This document shows, in pieces, positions 1 to 10,986 of a DNA stretch of 64,000 bases. The stretch is from contig CAVXTP010000006.1 in assembly GCA_963764715.1 (NCBI GenBank), forward strand, positions 192,001-256,000. The letters are read 5' to 3'. Origin of the DNA: an uncultured Acidobacteriota bacterium (lineage in GTDB: Bacteria > Acidobacteriota > Thermoanaerobaculia > UBA5066 > Gp7-AA6). Below the pieces are notes generated by a model. That model made no database searches. It saw only the letters and a list, made by a program, of their open reading frames with translations, and was not told the origin of the DNA. Within the stretch, counting starts at the first letter, position 1; each line of letters starts with the position of its first letter. The position numbers were made by a program, and so were the translations under genes.

Positions 1-46
1 TCGATCGCGCGCCTGCGCCTTCCGCTCGGCGCGGCCGCTTGACGCC

Positions 47-937
47 GTGAGATACCGGGAAGACCGGGTACGCCCGGCGCTCGCGTCCCGCATCGAGTGC
101 CTCTGGCTCGCGGAGGACGGCGAGGCGCGACCGGGCCCGGCCGAACGCATCCTGCCGGACGGGTGCGTCGAGTGGATCATCCACCTCGGCGCGGCCTACG
201 CGCGCATCGGGGACGACGGACGCTCGTCCCGGCAGCCCGCGAGCTTCGTCGTCGGGCCGATGTCGCGGCCGATCTCCATCGCGCCGACCGGGCCCGTCCG
301 AACGCTCGGCGTGCGCTTCCGCCCCGGGGGCGCGCGCGAAGCCCTCGGCGTGCCCCTCGACGTCCTCGCGGACGGGGCGGCCACGGCCGAGGAGCTCTGG
401 GACGCGGCGGGCCGGAGGATCGAGGACGCGGTCGGTAACGCTTCCGACGACGCGGCGCGCCGCGAAGCCCTCGAGGACTTTCTCGAGGCTCGCCTGGCGC
501 GCTCGCGGGCCGGCGACGAGCGGCTCGAGTCCGCCGTCGGCGAGGTGCTGGCGGGACGGGGCCGACGGCCCGTCGCCGAGATCGCCCGCCGCGCCGGGTG
601 GGGACGCCGGCAGCTCGAGCGCGCGTTCCGCGCGGCCGTCGGGCTGACGCCGAAGACGCTGTCGCGCGTGATCCGGTTCCAGAACCTCCTGCGCCTCGCC
701 GGCCGCCTGCCCCGCGCTTCCTGGGCGGACCTCGCCGCGCGTTGCGGCTACGCCGACCAGGCGCACCTCGTCCGCGAATTCCGCGAGCTCGCCGGAGTCA
801 CGCCCGCGTCCGGCCAGGCCGCCTCCGGGGAGCTCGGGCGGCACTTCGTCGCGCCGGAGCGCCTCGACGCCCTGCTTTCGGGCCGCGCCCGGGCCGATGA
901 CGCGTTCGTTCAAGACGGCGCGCGTCGGCCTGCGTAG
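47..937 (+). CDS. AraC-family transcriptional regulator (DUF6597-like N-domain + HTH)
   Basis: N-terminal ILPDGCVE motif; C-terminal RQLERAF..VGLTPK and GYADQAHLVREFRELAG AraC signature. Confidence 0.9.
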   Translation: MRYREDRVRPALASRIECLWLAEDGEARPGPAERILPDGCVEWIIHLGAAYARIGDDGRSSRQPASFVVGPMSRPISIAPTGPVRTLGVRFRPGGAREALGVPLDVLADGAATAEELWDAAGRRIEDAVGNASDDAARREALEDFLEARLARSRAGDERLESAVGEVLAGRGRRPVAEIARRAGWGRRQLERAFRAAVGLTPKTLSRVIRFQNLLRLAGRLPRASWADLAARCGYADQAHLVREFRELAGVTPASGQAASGELGRHFVAPERLDALLSGRARADDAFVQDGARRPA

Positions 938-964
938 AGTCCGCGGTCGAAAAGGAGGTCTCCC

Positions 965-1411
965 ATGCTCTCGATCCTTCTGGCGCTGACGCTCACCGCC
1001 GCCCCGGGAACGCCCGCCGACGCCGCCAGCCTGTCCTGGATGAGCGGAAGCTGGGCGGGCTCGCAGGACGGAACGGAGGCCGAGGAGGTGTGGACGTCGC
1101 CCCGGGGCGGCTCGCTCCTCGGGCTCCACCGCGACGTCAAGGCCGGCCGCACGGTCTCCTTCGAGTTCCTGCGCATCGAGGCCTCCGGCGGGGCCCTCGT
1201 CTACTGGGCGAGCCCCGGCGGAAAGCCCGCGACGCCGTTTCGCGCCGTCGAGAGCGCGAAGAACCGGATCGTCTTCGAGAACCGCGAGCACGACTTCCCG
1301 AACCGGATCCTGTACTGGCTCGGGACCGACGGCGCCCTCCATGCCCGGATCGAGGGCACGCTCCAGGGCAAGCCCGCGGGCGAGGAATGGGCGTGGCGAA
1401 GGACGAACTGA
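965..1411 (+). CDS. secreted DUF6265-like protein
   Basis: AGGAGG SD; signal peptide; LSWMSGSW..EEVW and FENREHDFPNRILY motifs. Confidence 0.75.
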   Translation: MLSILLALTLTAAPGTPADAASLSWMSGSWAGSQDGTEAEEVWTSPRGGSLLGLHRDVKAGRTVSFEFLRIEASGGALVYWASPGGKPATPFRAVESAKNRIVFENREHDFPNRILYWLGTDGALHARIEGTLQGKPAGEEWAWRRTN

Positions 1412-1560
1412 CCGCCGGGGACCGGCGCCTGCCCGCGGTCGTCGCCTATCCGCCGGCCCTCCCCTGATCGTCCCGGAAAACCGGCGTTCCGTCCCCCGCG
1501 CTTCATCGACGATCCGCGCCGCCCTTGCGGGCCAGCCTCGTTCTCGGGCTTTTCTGAGGC

Positions 1561-4533
1561 GTGAACCGGGTCCGCCTCGGCCTCGCCGGGCTTCTCCTGC
1601 TCGCCGCCTGTCAGCTCTGGGGGCTCGATCCCTCCACACCCCTGACCCAGTTCGGCCACGACGTCTGGACGAGCGACTCGGGGCTGCCCCAGAACTCGAT
1701 CACGGCGATGGTCCAGGCGCGCGACGGCTACATCTGGCTCGGGACGCAGGAGGGCCTGGTCCGGTTCGACGGGTCGCGCTTCGTCATCTTCGACACCCGC
1801 AACACGAAGGCCCTGAACGACGACTGGGTGCAGGCGCTGCTCGAGAGCCGCGACGGCACGCTGTGGATCGGCACGGTGACCGGCCTGGCGCGCCGCCGGG
1901 ACGGAGAGTTCCTCCCGCCCCTCGAGGGACCGCTCTCCCGCGCGATCGTGCGGGGACTCTTCGAGGGCCGCGACGGGTCGGTCTGGGTGGCCTCGAGCTT
2001 CGGAGTCACGCGATTCCGGGGAGCGGAGATCCGCACGTGGGCGGAGCCGGACGGTCTTCCGCCGGGCCGGGTGCTCTCGATCGCCGAGGACGCGGAGGGA
2101 ACGCTCTGGGTCGGCGGAACCTGGGGAGTCGCCCGCCTCGCGGGCGACCGTTTCGAGCCCTGGTCGGTGCGCGACGGCTTCCCGGGCGCCGCGCTGTCGA
2201 TGCTGGCCGACCCCGAAGGCGGGTTGTGGGTCGGGCTGGGTTGCGGGCTCGCCCGCGTCTCCGGTCGCTCGACGCAGCTCCACGGGGCCGCGGAGGGATT
2301 GACGAACAACTTCGTCCGGGCGCTCCGGCGCGACCGGGCCGGCAGCCTCTGGCTCGCGACCGACGGCGGTCTCTTCCGCTATCGGGACGGCCGTTTCGTG
2401 CGGCACGGCGAAGGCGACGGTCTCTCGTCCAATCGGATCCTGTCGATTCTTGAGGACCGCGAGGGAAGCCTGTGGATCGGGACCGCCGACGGGGGCCTCG
2501 ACCGGATCCGGGAGCGGCGCATCGCCTATTACACCGAGGCGGAAGGCCTCTCGGACAACCGGCTGTGGTCGGTGTTCGAGGACAGCCGCGGGAATCTCTG
2601 GACCGGAACGGCCGAGGGAGTTCTCAACCGCATGCCGGCCGGCAGCGACCGCTTCGAGCCGGTGGCCAGGCTCGGCGCGGCGATCATGGCGATCGCCGAG
2701 GATACGCAGGGCGGGCTCTGGGTCGGCACCCGCGGCGGAGGCGTCGTCGCCCTGCGCGACGGCCGGACGCGCCGCTACGTCCAGGCGGACGGGCTGTCGG
2801 GCAACTGGGTCTCCTCGCTCCTCGTCGACCGGCACGGCGCGGTCTGGGTCGGCACGATGGCCTCGGGCCTGAACCGGATCGAGAACGGCGTCATCTCCGG
2901 ATTCCGCGGACCGGGCGTGCTCGGCTCCGACGCCGTCTTCTCGATCTACGAGGACCGCGCCGGAAGCCTCTGGATCGGAACGTTCGGCGGCGGCGTCACC
3001 CGCTACGCGAACGGCCGGTTCGACACGTTCACGACGAAGGACGGCCTCGCCCACGACGTCGTGATGTCGACCTACGAAGACGCCGACGGTACGTTCTGGT
3101 TCGCCACCCGGGGCGGGCTCTCCCGCTTCCGCGACGGCCGCTTCACGACCTTCCGGCAGAAGGAGGGCGTCTTCCACGACGCCGCCCAGCGCGTCATCGA
3201 GGACGGGCGCGGATACCTCTGGCTGACCAGCAACCGGGGGATCTTCCGCGTCTCGCAGGCCGAGCTCGCGGAGGCGGCGCGCGCTCCCGGCCGGATCTCC
3301 GACGCGGCGACGTTCACCACGGCGACCGTCATGGGAGTCGCGGAATGCAACAACGCGCAGCACGGCGCGTGGAAAACCCGCGACGGGCGCCTGTGGTTCG
3401 CCACGGTCAAGGGCCTCGCCATGGCCGATCCCGCGCGCATCACGACCAATCCGGTGCCGCCGAACGTGGTCGTCGAGCAGGTCACCGCGGACGGGCAGAC
3501 GCTGCCCCTCGCCGGAGGCGTGAGCCTTCCGGCCGGCACGCGCCGGCTCGAGATCGCCTACACGGCCCTCGCGTTCCGCAACCCGGGGGCCGTCCGGTTC
3601 CGATTCCGGCTCGAGGGCTTCGAGAAGGACTGGGTCGACGCGGGGCCCCGGCGCACCGCGTACTACACGAACCTTCCGCCCGGGCGGTACCGCTTCCGCG
3701 TCCGCGCCGCGAACGAGGACGGCGTGTGGAGCGAGGCCGGCGCCTCGACCGCGGTGGTGCTCGCGCGCCACCTCCACGAAACCGCGTGGTTCCGGGCTCT
3801 CGCCGCGGCGCTGCTCGCGGCCGGCGGCTCCGCGCTCTACCGCCTGCGGGTCCGGCGGCTCGAGGTGCGCGAGCGGTTGCGCACGGCGCTCGTCGAGGCG
3901 CAGCTCGACGCGCTCCAGTTCCAGCTCCGCCCGCACTTCCTCTTCAACACGTTGAACAGCATCCTGCCGCTCGTCGGCAAGGACCCCGAGCGGGCGCGGC
4001 AGATGGTCGTGCGGCTCGGGGACCTCCTGCGGGTCTCGCTGCGCTCCGAGGAGCATCCGCTCGTCACGCTCGAGGAGGAGATCGCGATCCTCGAGAAGTA
4101 CCTCTCGATCGAAGAGGTCCGCTTCCGCGACCGGCTCGACGTTTCGATCGCCGTCGACCCCGCCGTCGCGGCGGCGAAGGTGCCGAGCTTCCTGCTTCAG
4201 CCCCTCGTCGAGAACGCGATCAAGCACGGACTCGGCGGGCGGGCCGGGCGCGGCCGCATCGCGGTGACGGCCCGGGAGGAGTCCGGCATGCTCGCCCTCG
4301 TCGTGCGGGACAACGGCCCCGGGCCCCGCGCGAGCTCGATCGACACGACCGGCGGGATCGGCCTCGCGAACACGCGCCGCCGGCTGGAGGCGCTGTACCC
4401 CGGGCGCCACGGGCTCGAGCTCCTGGCGGCCGCCGGCGGAGGCGCCGAAGTGCGGCTGACGATCCCGCTCGTCCTCGCCGCCGTCCGCACCGCCCCGGCC
4501 GAGGCCGCGGCGAGCTTCTCGCGCGCGTCCTGA
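1561..4533 (+). CDS. sensor histidine kinase: periplasmic two-component-regulator beta-propeller repeats + Y_Y_Y domain + LytS-type kinase
   Basis: Repeated EDxxGxLWxGT blades; YTNLPPGRYRF; TM helix; QLRPHFLFNTLN, LLQPLVENAIKHG, DNGPG and GIGL boxes. Confidence 0.9.
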   Translation: MNRVRLGLAGLLLLAACQLWGLDPSTPLTQFGHDVWTSDSGLPQNSITAMVQARDGYIWLGTQEGLVRFDGSRFVIFDTRNTKALNDDWVQALLESRDGTLWIGTVTGLARRRDGEFLPPLEGPLSRAIVRGLFEGRDGSVWVASSFGVTRFRGAEIRTWAEPDGLPPGRVLSIAEDAEGTLWVGGTWGVARLAGDRFEPWSVRDGFPGAALSMLADPEGGLWVGLGCGLARVSGRSTQLHGAAEGLTNNFVRALRRDRAGSLWLATDGGLFRYRDGRFVRHGEGDGLSSNRILSILEDREGSLWIGTADGGLDRIRERRIAYYTEAEGLSDNRLWSVFEDSRGNLWTGTAEGVLNRMPAGSDRFEPVARLGAAIMAIAEDTQGGLWVGTRGGGVVALRDGRTRRYVQADGLSGNWVSSLLVDRHGAVWVGTMASGLNRIENGVISGFRGPGVLGSDAVFSIYEDRAGSLWIGTFGGGVTRYANGRFDTFTTKDGLAHDVVMSTYEDADGTFWFATRGGLSRFRDGRFTTFRQKEGVFHDAAQRVIEDGRGYLWLTSNRGIFRVSQAELAEAARAPGRISDAATFTTATVMGVAECNNAQHGAWKTRDGRLWFATVKGLAMADPARITTNPVPPNVVVEQVTADGQTLPLAGGVSLPAGTRRLEIAYTALAFRNPGAVRFRFRLEGFEKDWVDAGPRRTAYYTNLPPGRYRFRVRAANEDGVWSEAGASTAVVLARHLHETAWFRALAAALLAAGGSALYRLRVRRLEVRERLRTALVEAQLDALQFQLRPHFLFNTLNSILPLVGKDPERARQMVVRLGDLLRVSLRSEEHPLVTLEEEIAILEKYLSIEEVRFRDRLDVSIAVDPAVAAAKVPSFLLQPLVENAIKHGLGGRAGRGRIAVTAREESGMLALVVRDNGPGPRASSIDTTGGIGLANTRRRLEALYPGRHGLELLAAAGGGAEVRLTIPLVLAAVRTAPAEAAASFSRAS

Positions 4534-4543
4534 CGCGGGCGGC

Positions 4544-6739
4544 TCAGCGCGGGACGCTCTTCGCCCGGACTTCCTCCGACGTCAGATCGCCGGGCCGGAT
4601 CGGCACGCGGCGCAGGCGCTTGCCCGTGGCCTGGAAGACGGCGTTGGCGACCGCCGGGGCGACCGGGGGCACCGGCTGCTCGCCGAGGCCGGTCGGACGC
4701 CGGTCGCTCTCGACGAGGTGCGTCTCGACGCGCGGCATCTCCGAGATCGCGAGGACCGGGAAGTCGGCGAAGCTCGTCTCGACGACGCGCCCGCCCCGGT
4801 AAGTGATCTCGCCCTTCAGGGCGTACGACAGCCCCCACGCGATTCCGCTCTCGACCTGCCCCCGCACGCCCAGGCGGTTGACGATCTGGCCGCAGTCGAG
4901 GGCCGTGACCACCCGGTGAACGCGCACGTCGCCCGCCGGGCCCACCGACACCTCGGCGACCTGCGCGATCATCGTGCGCGCGTGGTAGACGTTGCAGGCG
5001 ATCCCGCGGCCGGCGCGGCGCCCGGCGGGAGCCTCGAGCCGGCGGTCCCAGCCGGCCTTCTCCGCAGCGAGCTTCACGACGGCCGCCAGGCGCGGGCGGT
5101 CGATCTTCCACCGCCCGTTCGGAAGCGTCAGGACGGGCTCGCCCTCGAGGAGCGAAAGGCGCAGCGCGACGGGATCGCGCCCGAGCCGCGCGGCGACCTC
5201 GTCCACGAAGGACTCGCGCGCGAAGACGTTCGGCGGATAGTAGACCGCCCGCCAGGCCCCGGTGCGGACGGGCGACTCGACCTCCGTGTATTCCGCCGAG
5301 AGGTTCTCGATCGCGTACGGCGTGTCGTAGCCGCCCCACGGACTCACGTCGTTCTCGCTGTCGGCCGGGTCGAAGTCGCCGAACATCGAAAGATGGAAGC
5401 ACGTCGAGCGGTGGGTCCACGCCGTGATCTTCCCGGAGGCGTCGATCCCGGCTTCGAGGTCCGCCCGTTCGCTCGGGTGGACGTAATCGCCGAGGAAGTC
5501 GTCCTCGCGCGACCAGACGACCTGGACCGGGATCCCGGCGGCGCGCGCGACCTCGACCGCCTCCGTGGCGTAGTCGGCATGGAGCCGCCGGCCGAACCCT
5601 CCGCCGAGGAGCGTGACGTGCACGTCGACCTTGTCCGGCGGGAGCTTCAGGAGCTCGGCGCACGCCTTCTGGACCCGCTGAGGGTTCTGGGTCGGGGCCC
5701 AGATCTCGCACCGACCGCGCGAGACCTTCGCCGTGCAGTTCTGGGGCTCGACCGTCGCGTGGGCCTGGAAGCCGTCCCGGTACGAGGCCGCGACCCGCGT
5801 CGGGGCGGCCTGGAGCGCCGCCGCCGCGTCGCCCTGCCTTCGCGTCCGGTGGCGGGCATGGCCCGGAGTCGAGTCGGGGTCGTCGAGGCGACGGGCGAGC
5901 TCGGCGCTCGTCAGCGACGCGTTGGCGCCCTCGTCCCACGACGCCCCGAGCGCGTCGCGGCCGGAGAAGGCGGCGAAGCTGTCGCGCGCGACGACCGCGA
6001 CGCCCGTCGAAACCTCCACGACCTTTTCGACGCCCGGGACCGCCATCGCCTTCGCGGCGTCGAACCGGACGAGCTTTCCTCCGGGGACCGGACAACGCGC
6101 GACCGCCGCAAAGCGCATCCCCGGAACGCGAACGTCGAGCCCGTAGACCGCCCGTCCCGAGACGATCGCGGGGCCGTCCACGCGCGGCACATCCGTCCCG
6201 ACGAGGCGAAAGTCCTTCCGGTCCTTCAGGCGCGGCTCCTTCGGGACGGGAAGCGTCCCGGCGACCACGGCGAGCTTCCCGTAGGGCAGACGGCGCCCGG
6301 TCGGGGCGTGGGTCACGGCGCCGTCCCGCGCCGCGCACTCCGCCGCGGGGACCTTCCAGGTCTGCGCCGCCGCCGACACCAGCATCTCGCGCGCCGCGGC
6401 GCCGGCCACGCGGAGCGGCATCCAGGAGTCCTCGACGCTGTCGCTTCCGCCGGTGCCGAGGTTTTCGTAGCCCGGCCCCGGCGAGGCCTGAACGAGCCGG
6501 ACGCCGGAAAGGTCGACCTCGAGCTCCTCGGCGAGGATCATCGCGAGGGACGTCCGCACGCCCTGCCCCATCTCGGAGTGGCCGACGACGAGCGTCACCG
6601 CGCCGTCCTTCCCGATCGAGATCCAGGGATTGGGGGCGAACGGCGGCGTAGCGTCCTGGCCGAAGAGCGGGACCTCGACGAGGAGCGCCGCGCCCCCGGC
6701 CGCGCCGGCCTTCAGAAACTCTCGCCGCGTCGCGCTCAT
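4544..6739 (-). CDS. isoquinoline 1-oxidoreductase beta-like molybdopterin-binding subunit (xanthine dehydrogenase family)
   Basis: ATG at 6739 overlaps the upstream TGA (ATGA); TRREFLK twin-arginine motif; [31 protein letters not shown]. Confidence 0.9.
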   Translation of the reverse strand: MSATRREFLKAGAAGGAALLVEVPLFGQDATPPFAPNPWISIGKDGAVTLVVGHSEMGQGVRTSLAMILAEELEVDLSGVRLVQASPGPGYENLGTGGSDSVEDSWMPLRVAGAAAREMLVSAAAQTWKVPAAECAARDGAVTHAPTGRRLPYGKLAVVAGTLPVPKEPRLKDRKDFRLVGTDVPRVDGPAIVSGRAVYGLDVRVPGMRFAAVARCPVPGGKLVRFDAAKAMAVPGVEKVVEVSTGVAVVARDSFAAFSGRDALGASWDEGANASLTSAELARRLDDPDSTPGHARHRTRRQGDAAAALQAAPTRVAASYRDGFQAHATVEPQNCTAKVSRGRCEIWAPTQNPQRVQKACAELLKLPPDKVDVHVTLLGGGFGRRLHADYATEAVEVARAAGIPVQVVWSREDDFLGDYVHPSERADLEAGIDASGKITAWTHRSTCFHLSMFGDFDPADSENDVSPWGGYDTPYAIENLSAEYTEVESPVRTGAWRAVYYPPNVFARESFVDEVAARLGRDPVALRLSLLEGEPVLTLPNGRWKIDRPRLAAVVKLAAEKAGWDRRLEAPAGRRAGRGIACNVYHARTMIAQVAEVSVGPAGDVRVHRVVTALDCGQIVNRLGVRGQVESGIAWGLSYALKGEITYRGGRVVETSFADFPVLAISEMPRVETHLVESDRRPTGLGEQPVPPVAPAVANAVFQATGKRLRRVPIRPGDLTSEEVRAKSVPR

Positions 6740-7221
6740 CGGGTGCTCCCGTCCGCGGCGAGACGGCCGGCGGCGTGGACGGCGCGCCGGATGCGCGCGT
6801 AGGTCCCGCAGCGGCAGACGTGGTCGGAGAGCGCGCCGTCGATGTCGGCGTCGGCCGCGGCTGGCTTCTCGCGCAGGAGCGCCGCCGCCTCCATGATCAT
6901 TCCCGGCTGGCAGTAGCCGCACTGCGCGACGTCCTCCGCGAGCCAGGCCCTCTGGCAGGGGTGCCGGCCGTCGGCCGAGAGGCCCTCGATCGTCGTCACG
7001 CGCTTCCCGCCGGCGGCCACTTCGGCGAGCGTCACCTGGCACGACCGGACGGCCCGACCGTCCACGTGCAGCGTGCACGCGCCGCAGATGCCGGCGCCGC
7101 ACCCGTATTTCGTTCCGGTCAGGCCGAGAAAATCCCGCAACACCCAGAGAAGCGGCGTGTCCGGGTTTCCGGCCTCGACCGTGCGCTTCCGGCCGTTGAC
7201 GGTGAGCTCCCAGGTCTTCAT
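6736..7221 (-). CDS. (2Fe-2S)-binding small subunit, IorA-like
   Basis: [22 protein letters not shown] and CRCGTY motifs. Confidence 0.93.
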   Translation of the reverse strand: MKTWELTVNGRKRTVEAGNPDTPLLWVLRDFLGLTGTKYGCGAGICGACTLHVDGRAVRSCQVTLAEVAAGGKRVTTIEGLSADGRHPCQRAWLAEDVAQCGYCQPGMIMEAAALLREKPAAADADIDGALSDHVCRCGTYARIRRAVHAAGRLAADGSTR

Positions 7222-7315
7222 GCGCGCAGGGTCCCCCCGCGGTTCAAACGGAAAAGCCGCTCCCGGGTTTCTCTCCCCGGACGAGCGGCCCGATTCGGAG
7301 GACGGAAATCCCGAG

Positions 7316-8296
7316 CTACCGCGCGCGCGCGACCGTGAGGGTCACCGTCAGTGCCATCTCGCCCGCCGCCGGCTCGACCCGCGCCGTCTGGACCCAGGCC
7401 TCGCCGCCCGACGCGTACCGCCACGTCCCGGCGGACTGCTTCTTCCAGCCCGGCGAGTCGGCGAAGGCCTTGTCGAGCCGGGCGAGGAACGTCGCCGGGC
7501 TCGCGTCGGTGCGGATCTTCCAGCTCGCCTCCCAGCGCTCGCGGGTGCCCTCGTACCGCAGGAGCGTGCGGGAGTACTCGCTCGCCACCTGGAAGCCGGC
7601 ATCGAGGTACTGGTCGGCCAGGCTCGCGCGCGCCCAGCCCGAGTCGGGGCGCCAGTCGTACTCCATCCCGACGGCGGCGATCTGGGCCGTGCCCTTGCCG
7701 TAGAGCTTCTCGATGACGTGCAGGGCGCCGTCGATCCCCGAGGACAGGCCCGCCGACGTGATGATCTTGCCGTTGTCGACGAACCGCTTGTCTCGCACGA
7801 CCTTCGTCTTCGGCGCCGCCGTCTTCAGGTCGTCGATCATTCCGGCGAAGGTCGTGGCCTCGAGGCCGTCGAGAAGCCCCGCCTGCGCCAGGAAGAAGGC
7901 CCCGTTGCAGACCGAGAGCACCACCTCGGCGCCCTTCGCGGACTGCTGGATCCAGCGGATGAGGGCCTCGTGGGAGAGCTGGGGACCGACGTTGCCTCCC
8001 GGGATCACGAGCACGTCGGGCCGCGGCGCCCGGGCGAGATCGTAGGACGGGATCACCGTCATGCCCATCGCCGTCTCGAGGGGCGAGGTCGTCTCGCCGA
8101 CCGAGTAGATGCGGAAGGCCTTCTTGCCGTCGACACGGGCGTGGCCGAGGACTTCCCAGGGTCCGGTGTAGTCGATGATCTGGACGCCGGGGAAGAGCAG
8201 CACGGCGACGTTCTTCTCGCCGCCTTCCTTCGGGCCGAGGGCCAGGGCCGGGAAGGAGAAAGCCAGGATCAGGATCGCGAGGACAGTCCGTTTCAT
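7316..8296 (-). CDS. DJ-1/PfpI family protein with signal peptide and C-terminal extension
   Basis: True start MKRTVLAIL at 8296 (C-terminal part of the 7316..11122 ORF); [25 protein letters not shown]. Confidence 0.85.
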   Translation of the reverse strand: MKRTVLAILILAFSFPALALGPKEGGEKNVAVLLFPGVQIIDYTGPWEVLGHARVDGKKAFRIYSVGETTSPLETAMGMTVIPSYDLARAPRPDVLVIPGGNVGPQLSHEALIRWIQQSAKGAEVVLSVCNGAFFLAQAGLLDGLEATTFAGMIDDLKTAAPKTKVVRDKRFVDNGKIITSAGLSSGIDGALHVIEKLYGKGTAQIAAVGMEYDWRPDSGWARASLADQYLDAGFQVASEYSRTLLRYEGTRERWEASWKIRTDASPATFLARLDKAFADSPGWKKQSAGTWRYASGGEAWVQTARVEPAAGEMALTVTLTVARAR

Positions 8297-8310
8297 GAGG
8301 GCCTCCGATT

Positions 8311-10974
8311 TCAGGCGTTTCGAAGAGCGACCATGGGATCGACCGTGGTCGCTCGGCGGGCCGGCACGAAGCAGGCGACCGCGGCGACGAAGGCGAGCAC
8401 GACCGCGACGGCCGCGTAGGTCGGCGGGTCGCCCGGCGTGGTTTCGTACAGGAGTCCCGCCAGGAGGCGCGAGAGCGCGAAGGCGCCCGCGACTCCGATC
8501 GCGAGCCCCAGCGCGACCAGGCGCATGCCCTGGCCGAGCACCATCCGCACCACCCCGCCCGGGAGGGCGCCGAGCGCCATGCGGATGCCGAACTCCTGGC
8601 GCCGCTGCCCGACGGTGAAGCCGATGACGCCGGCGATCCCGGTGGCCGTGATGACGAGAGCGAGGCCGGCGAACGCCGCGAGCAGGACCGCCGTCAGGCG
8701 CGGCATGTCGAGGGCGCTCGCGTGCATGTCCTCGAGGGTCCGGAACCGGTCGACCGGCTGCTCGGGGCCGATCGAGTGCACGGCCTCCCGGACCGTCTTG
8801 GTCAGCGCCATCGGCTCGGCCGTCGTCCGGACGAGACACGCGGTCGAGAGACCCGGGAACTGCAGAATGGAGAGGTAGATCTGGTCGATCGGCAGCCTGG
8901 CGAGGCCGTACTGCCGGACGTCCCCCGAGACGCCGACGATGGTCAGCCAGCGAACTTCGCCGGGCTCGTTGCCGTCGACGCCGATCCGCCGCCCGATCGG
9001 GTCTTCTCCCGGGAAGACGTGGCTCGCCATGGTCTTGTTGATGACGGCGGAGTCGGGCGCATTCGTGCGGTCGGCGGCCGTCAGGGCACGGCCCTTCAGG
9101 ATCGGCACGCCGATGGTCTTGAAGTAGTCGGCGCTGACCCGCTGGAAGTCGGCCCTCGGCAGGGCCTCCGGCGTCGCGGCCTCCCGGCCCTCGATCCGGA
9201 AGCGTCCGCTGGAGGGCCCGCCTTCGGTCAGCGGGAACCGGCCCGCGAGCGCCGCCGATGCCACGCCGGGCTCGGCCGACAGTTTCGTCAGCAGCCGGTC
9301 GAGGAAGTCGAGCTGCTTCTCCCGCTCGCGGTACCGCGTGAAGTTGAGATCGAGGCGCGAGGTCAGGACGCGCTCGGTCTTGTAGCCGGGGTCGATCTGC
9401 TGCAGTTTCCAGAGGGTGCGCAGCATCAGCCCCGCCCCGGCCAGCAGAACGAAGGAGACCGCGACCTGGCCGACGATGAGGACGTTGCGCATCCGGACCC
9501 GGCCGGGCACCGTGGCCGCCGGGTCGCGGCCGTTCTGCAGCGCCGAGACGAGGCTGCGCCGCGACGACAGCGCCGGGATCAGTCCCAGGCCGACCCCGGC
9601 GACGAGCGAGACGGCGAGCGTGAAGAGAAGCACGGGCCCGTCGACCACGATCTCGGCCGCCCGCGGCGTGAAGCGGGCGGCGAAGAGGACGAGCATCTTC
9701 CGGCCGGCGGCCGCGACCGCGAGGCCGAGAAGGCCCCCGAGGACCGCGACGACGACGCTCTCGGTCAGGAGCTGCCGGGCGAGCCTCCCGCGCCCGGCGC
9801 CGAGGGCCGAGCGGAGCGCCATCTCCCGCTCGCGCCGCACCAGCCGCGAGAGCGTCAGGTTCGCCACGTTCGCGCACGCGATGAGGAGCACGAGCCCGAC
9901 GGTCGCCGTCAGCATGAGGAACGTGGGACGGGCCTGCCGCGTCAACTCTTCGCGCAGCGACACCGCTCCCAGGGCGAGACGGGAGGACGAGGGGTAGTTC
10001 TTCGGATAGTCCTGCGAGAGCCGGGTGGCCACGTCGTGCAGGTCCTTCTTCGCGGCCGACAGCGTCGTGCCGTTCTTGAGGCGGCCGAAGGCGCGCAGCA
10101 TTCCCCCGTCGCGATCGTTCTCCATGGATGGATCCGACCGGAACGGGCAGGCCGAGATCGGCATGTAGACGTCGTTCTGGTCGGGGTATCCCGGGATCGC
10201 GGGCAGAACGCCGATCACGGTGTGGGGACGGTCGTTCATCGTGAAGACGCGGCCCACGACCTTCGGGTCGCCGCCGAAGCTCCGCATCCAGTAGTCGTGC
10301 GAGAGCACGAGGACCGCCTCGGCGCCGTGCTGGTCCTCGCCCTTCGCGAACGTGCGGCCGAGGATCGGCTTGACGCCCAGCAGGTCGAAGAAATCGGCGG
10401 AGACCACGCCCGTCTGGATCCGCTCGGGCTCCTCCTTGCCGAGCAGCACGAACCACATCGAGTGGTACTCGGCCACGGCGTCGAAGCTGTGCGTCAGGTT
10501 CTGCAGGTCCGCGACCTCGGGGGGCGAGAACTGCCCGTCCGAGATGCCCGCGCCGGGCGCATCCACCTGGAGGCGCACCAGCCGATCGCCGCCGCCGTAC
10601 GGCAGGGACTGCAGCAGGACGCCGTGGACGACCGAGAAGATCGCCGTGTTGGCGCCGATCCCGAGGGCCAGCGTCAGGACCGCCGCCGCCGCGTAGCCCG
10701 GGTTCTTGCGCAGCGAGCGCAGGCCGTACTTCACGTCCTGGAGGACGGTCTCGAGCAGGCGCGCGCGGTCCGCGTCGCGGACCTCCTCCTTGGTCTTCTC
10801 GACGCCGCCGAACTTCCGCAGGGCCTCGGTCCGCGCCGCCGCCGGGGACATCCCGCGCCGCACGTTCTCCTCCGTCTCCCGCTGGAGATGGAAGCCGATC
10901 TCGTCGTCGAGCTCGTGCTCGATGCGCTTGCCCGCGAAGAGGGACCTGACGCTGCCGAACAGTCTCTTGAACAT
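8311..10974 (-). CDS. ADOP-type duplicated MacB/FtsX permease with permease-prefix domain
   Basis: ELDDEIGFHL prefix; LALGIGANTAIFS; LLIACANVANL; EFGIRMALGA; RATTVDPMVALR; no ATPase gene adjacent. Confidence 0.9.
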   Translation of the reverse strand: MFKRLFGSVRSLFAGKRIEHELDDEIGFHLQRETEENVRRGMSPAAARTEALRKFGGVEKTKEEVRDADRARLLETVLQDVKYGLRSLRKNPGYAAAAVLTLALGIGANTAIFSVVHGVLLQSLPYGGGDRLVRLQVDAPGAGISDGQFSPPEVADLQNLTHSFDAVAEYHSMWFVLLGKEEPERIQTGVVSADFFDLLGVKPILGRTFAKGEDQHGAEAVLVLSHDYWMRSFGGDPKVVGRVFTMNDRPHTVIGVLPAIPGYPDQNDVYMPISACPFRSDPSMENDRDGGMLRAFGRLKNGTTLSAAKKDLHDVATRLSQDYPKNYPSSSRLALGAVSLREELTRQARPTFLMLTATVGLVLLIACANVANLTLSRLVRREREMALRSALGAGRGRLARQLLTESVVVAVLGGLLGLAVAAAGRKMLVLFAARFTPRAAEIVVDGPVLLFTLAVSLVAGVGLGLIPALSSRRSLVSALQNGRDPAATVPGRVRMRNVLIVGQVAVSFVLLAGAGLMLRTLWKLQQIDPGYKTERVLTSRLDLNFTRYREREKQLDFLDRLLTKLSAEPGVASAALAGRFPLTEGGPSSGRFRIEGREAATPEALPRADFQRVSADYFKTIGVPILKGRALTAADRTNAPDSAVINKTMASHVFPGEDPIGRRIGVDGNEPGEVRWLTIVGVSGDVRQYGLARLPIDQIYLSILQFPGLSTACLVRTTAEPMALTKTVREAVHSIGPEQPVDRFRTLEDMHASALDMPRLTAVLLAAFAGLALVITATGIAGVIGFTVGQRRQEFGIRMALGALPGGVVRMVLGQGMRLVALGLAIGVAGAFALSRLLAGLLYETTPGDPPTYAAVAVVLAFVAAVACFVPARRATTVDPMVALRNA

Positions 10975-10986
10975 CGTCGTTCTCCT

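Noticed and set aside
1201-4410. 1069-aa minus-strand ORF and similar very long ORFs (8722-13332, 17203-20652, 21288-25352, 27732-30995, 42306-44879)
   Set aside because: Antisense or alternate-frame shadows of real genes in GC-rich DNA, with Arg/Pro/Gly-rich, motif-free translations. Only tails such as coaE within 8722-13332 are real.
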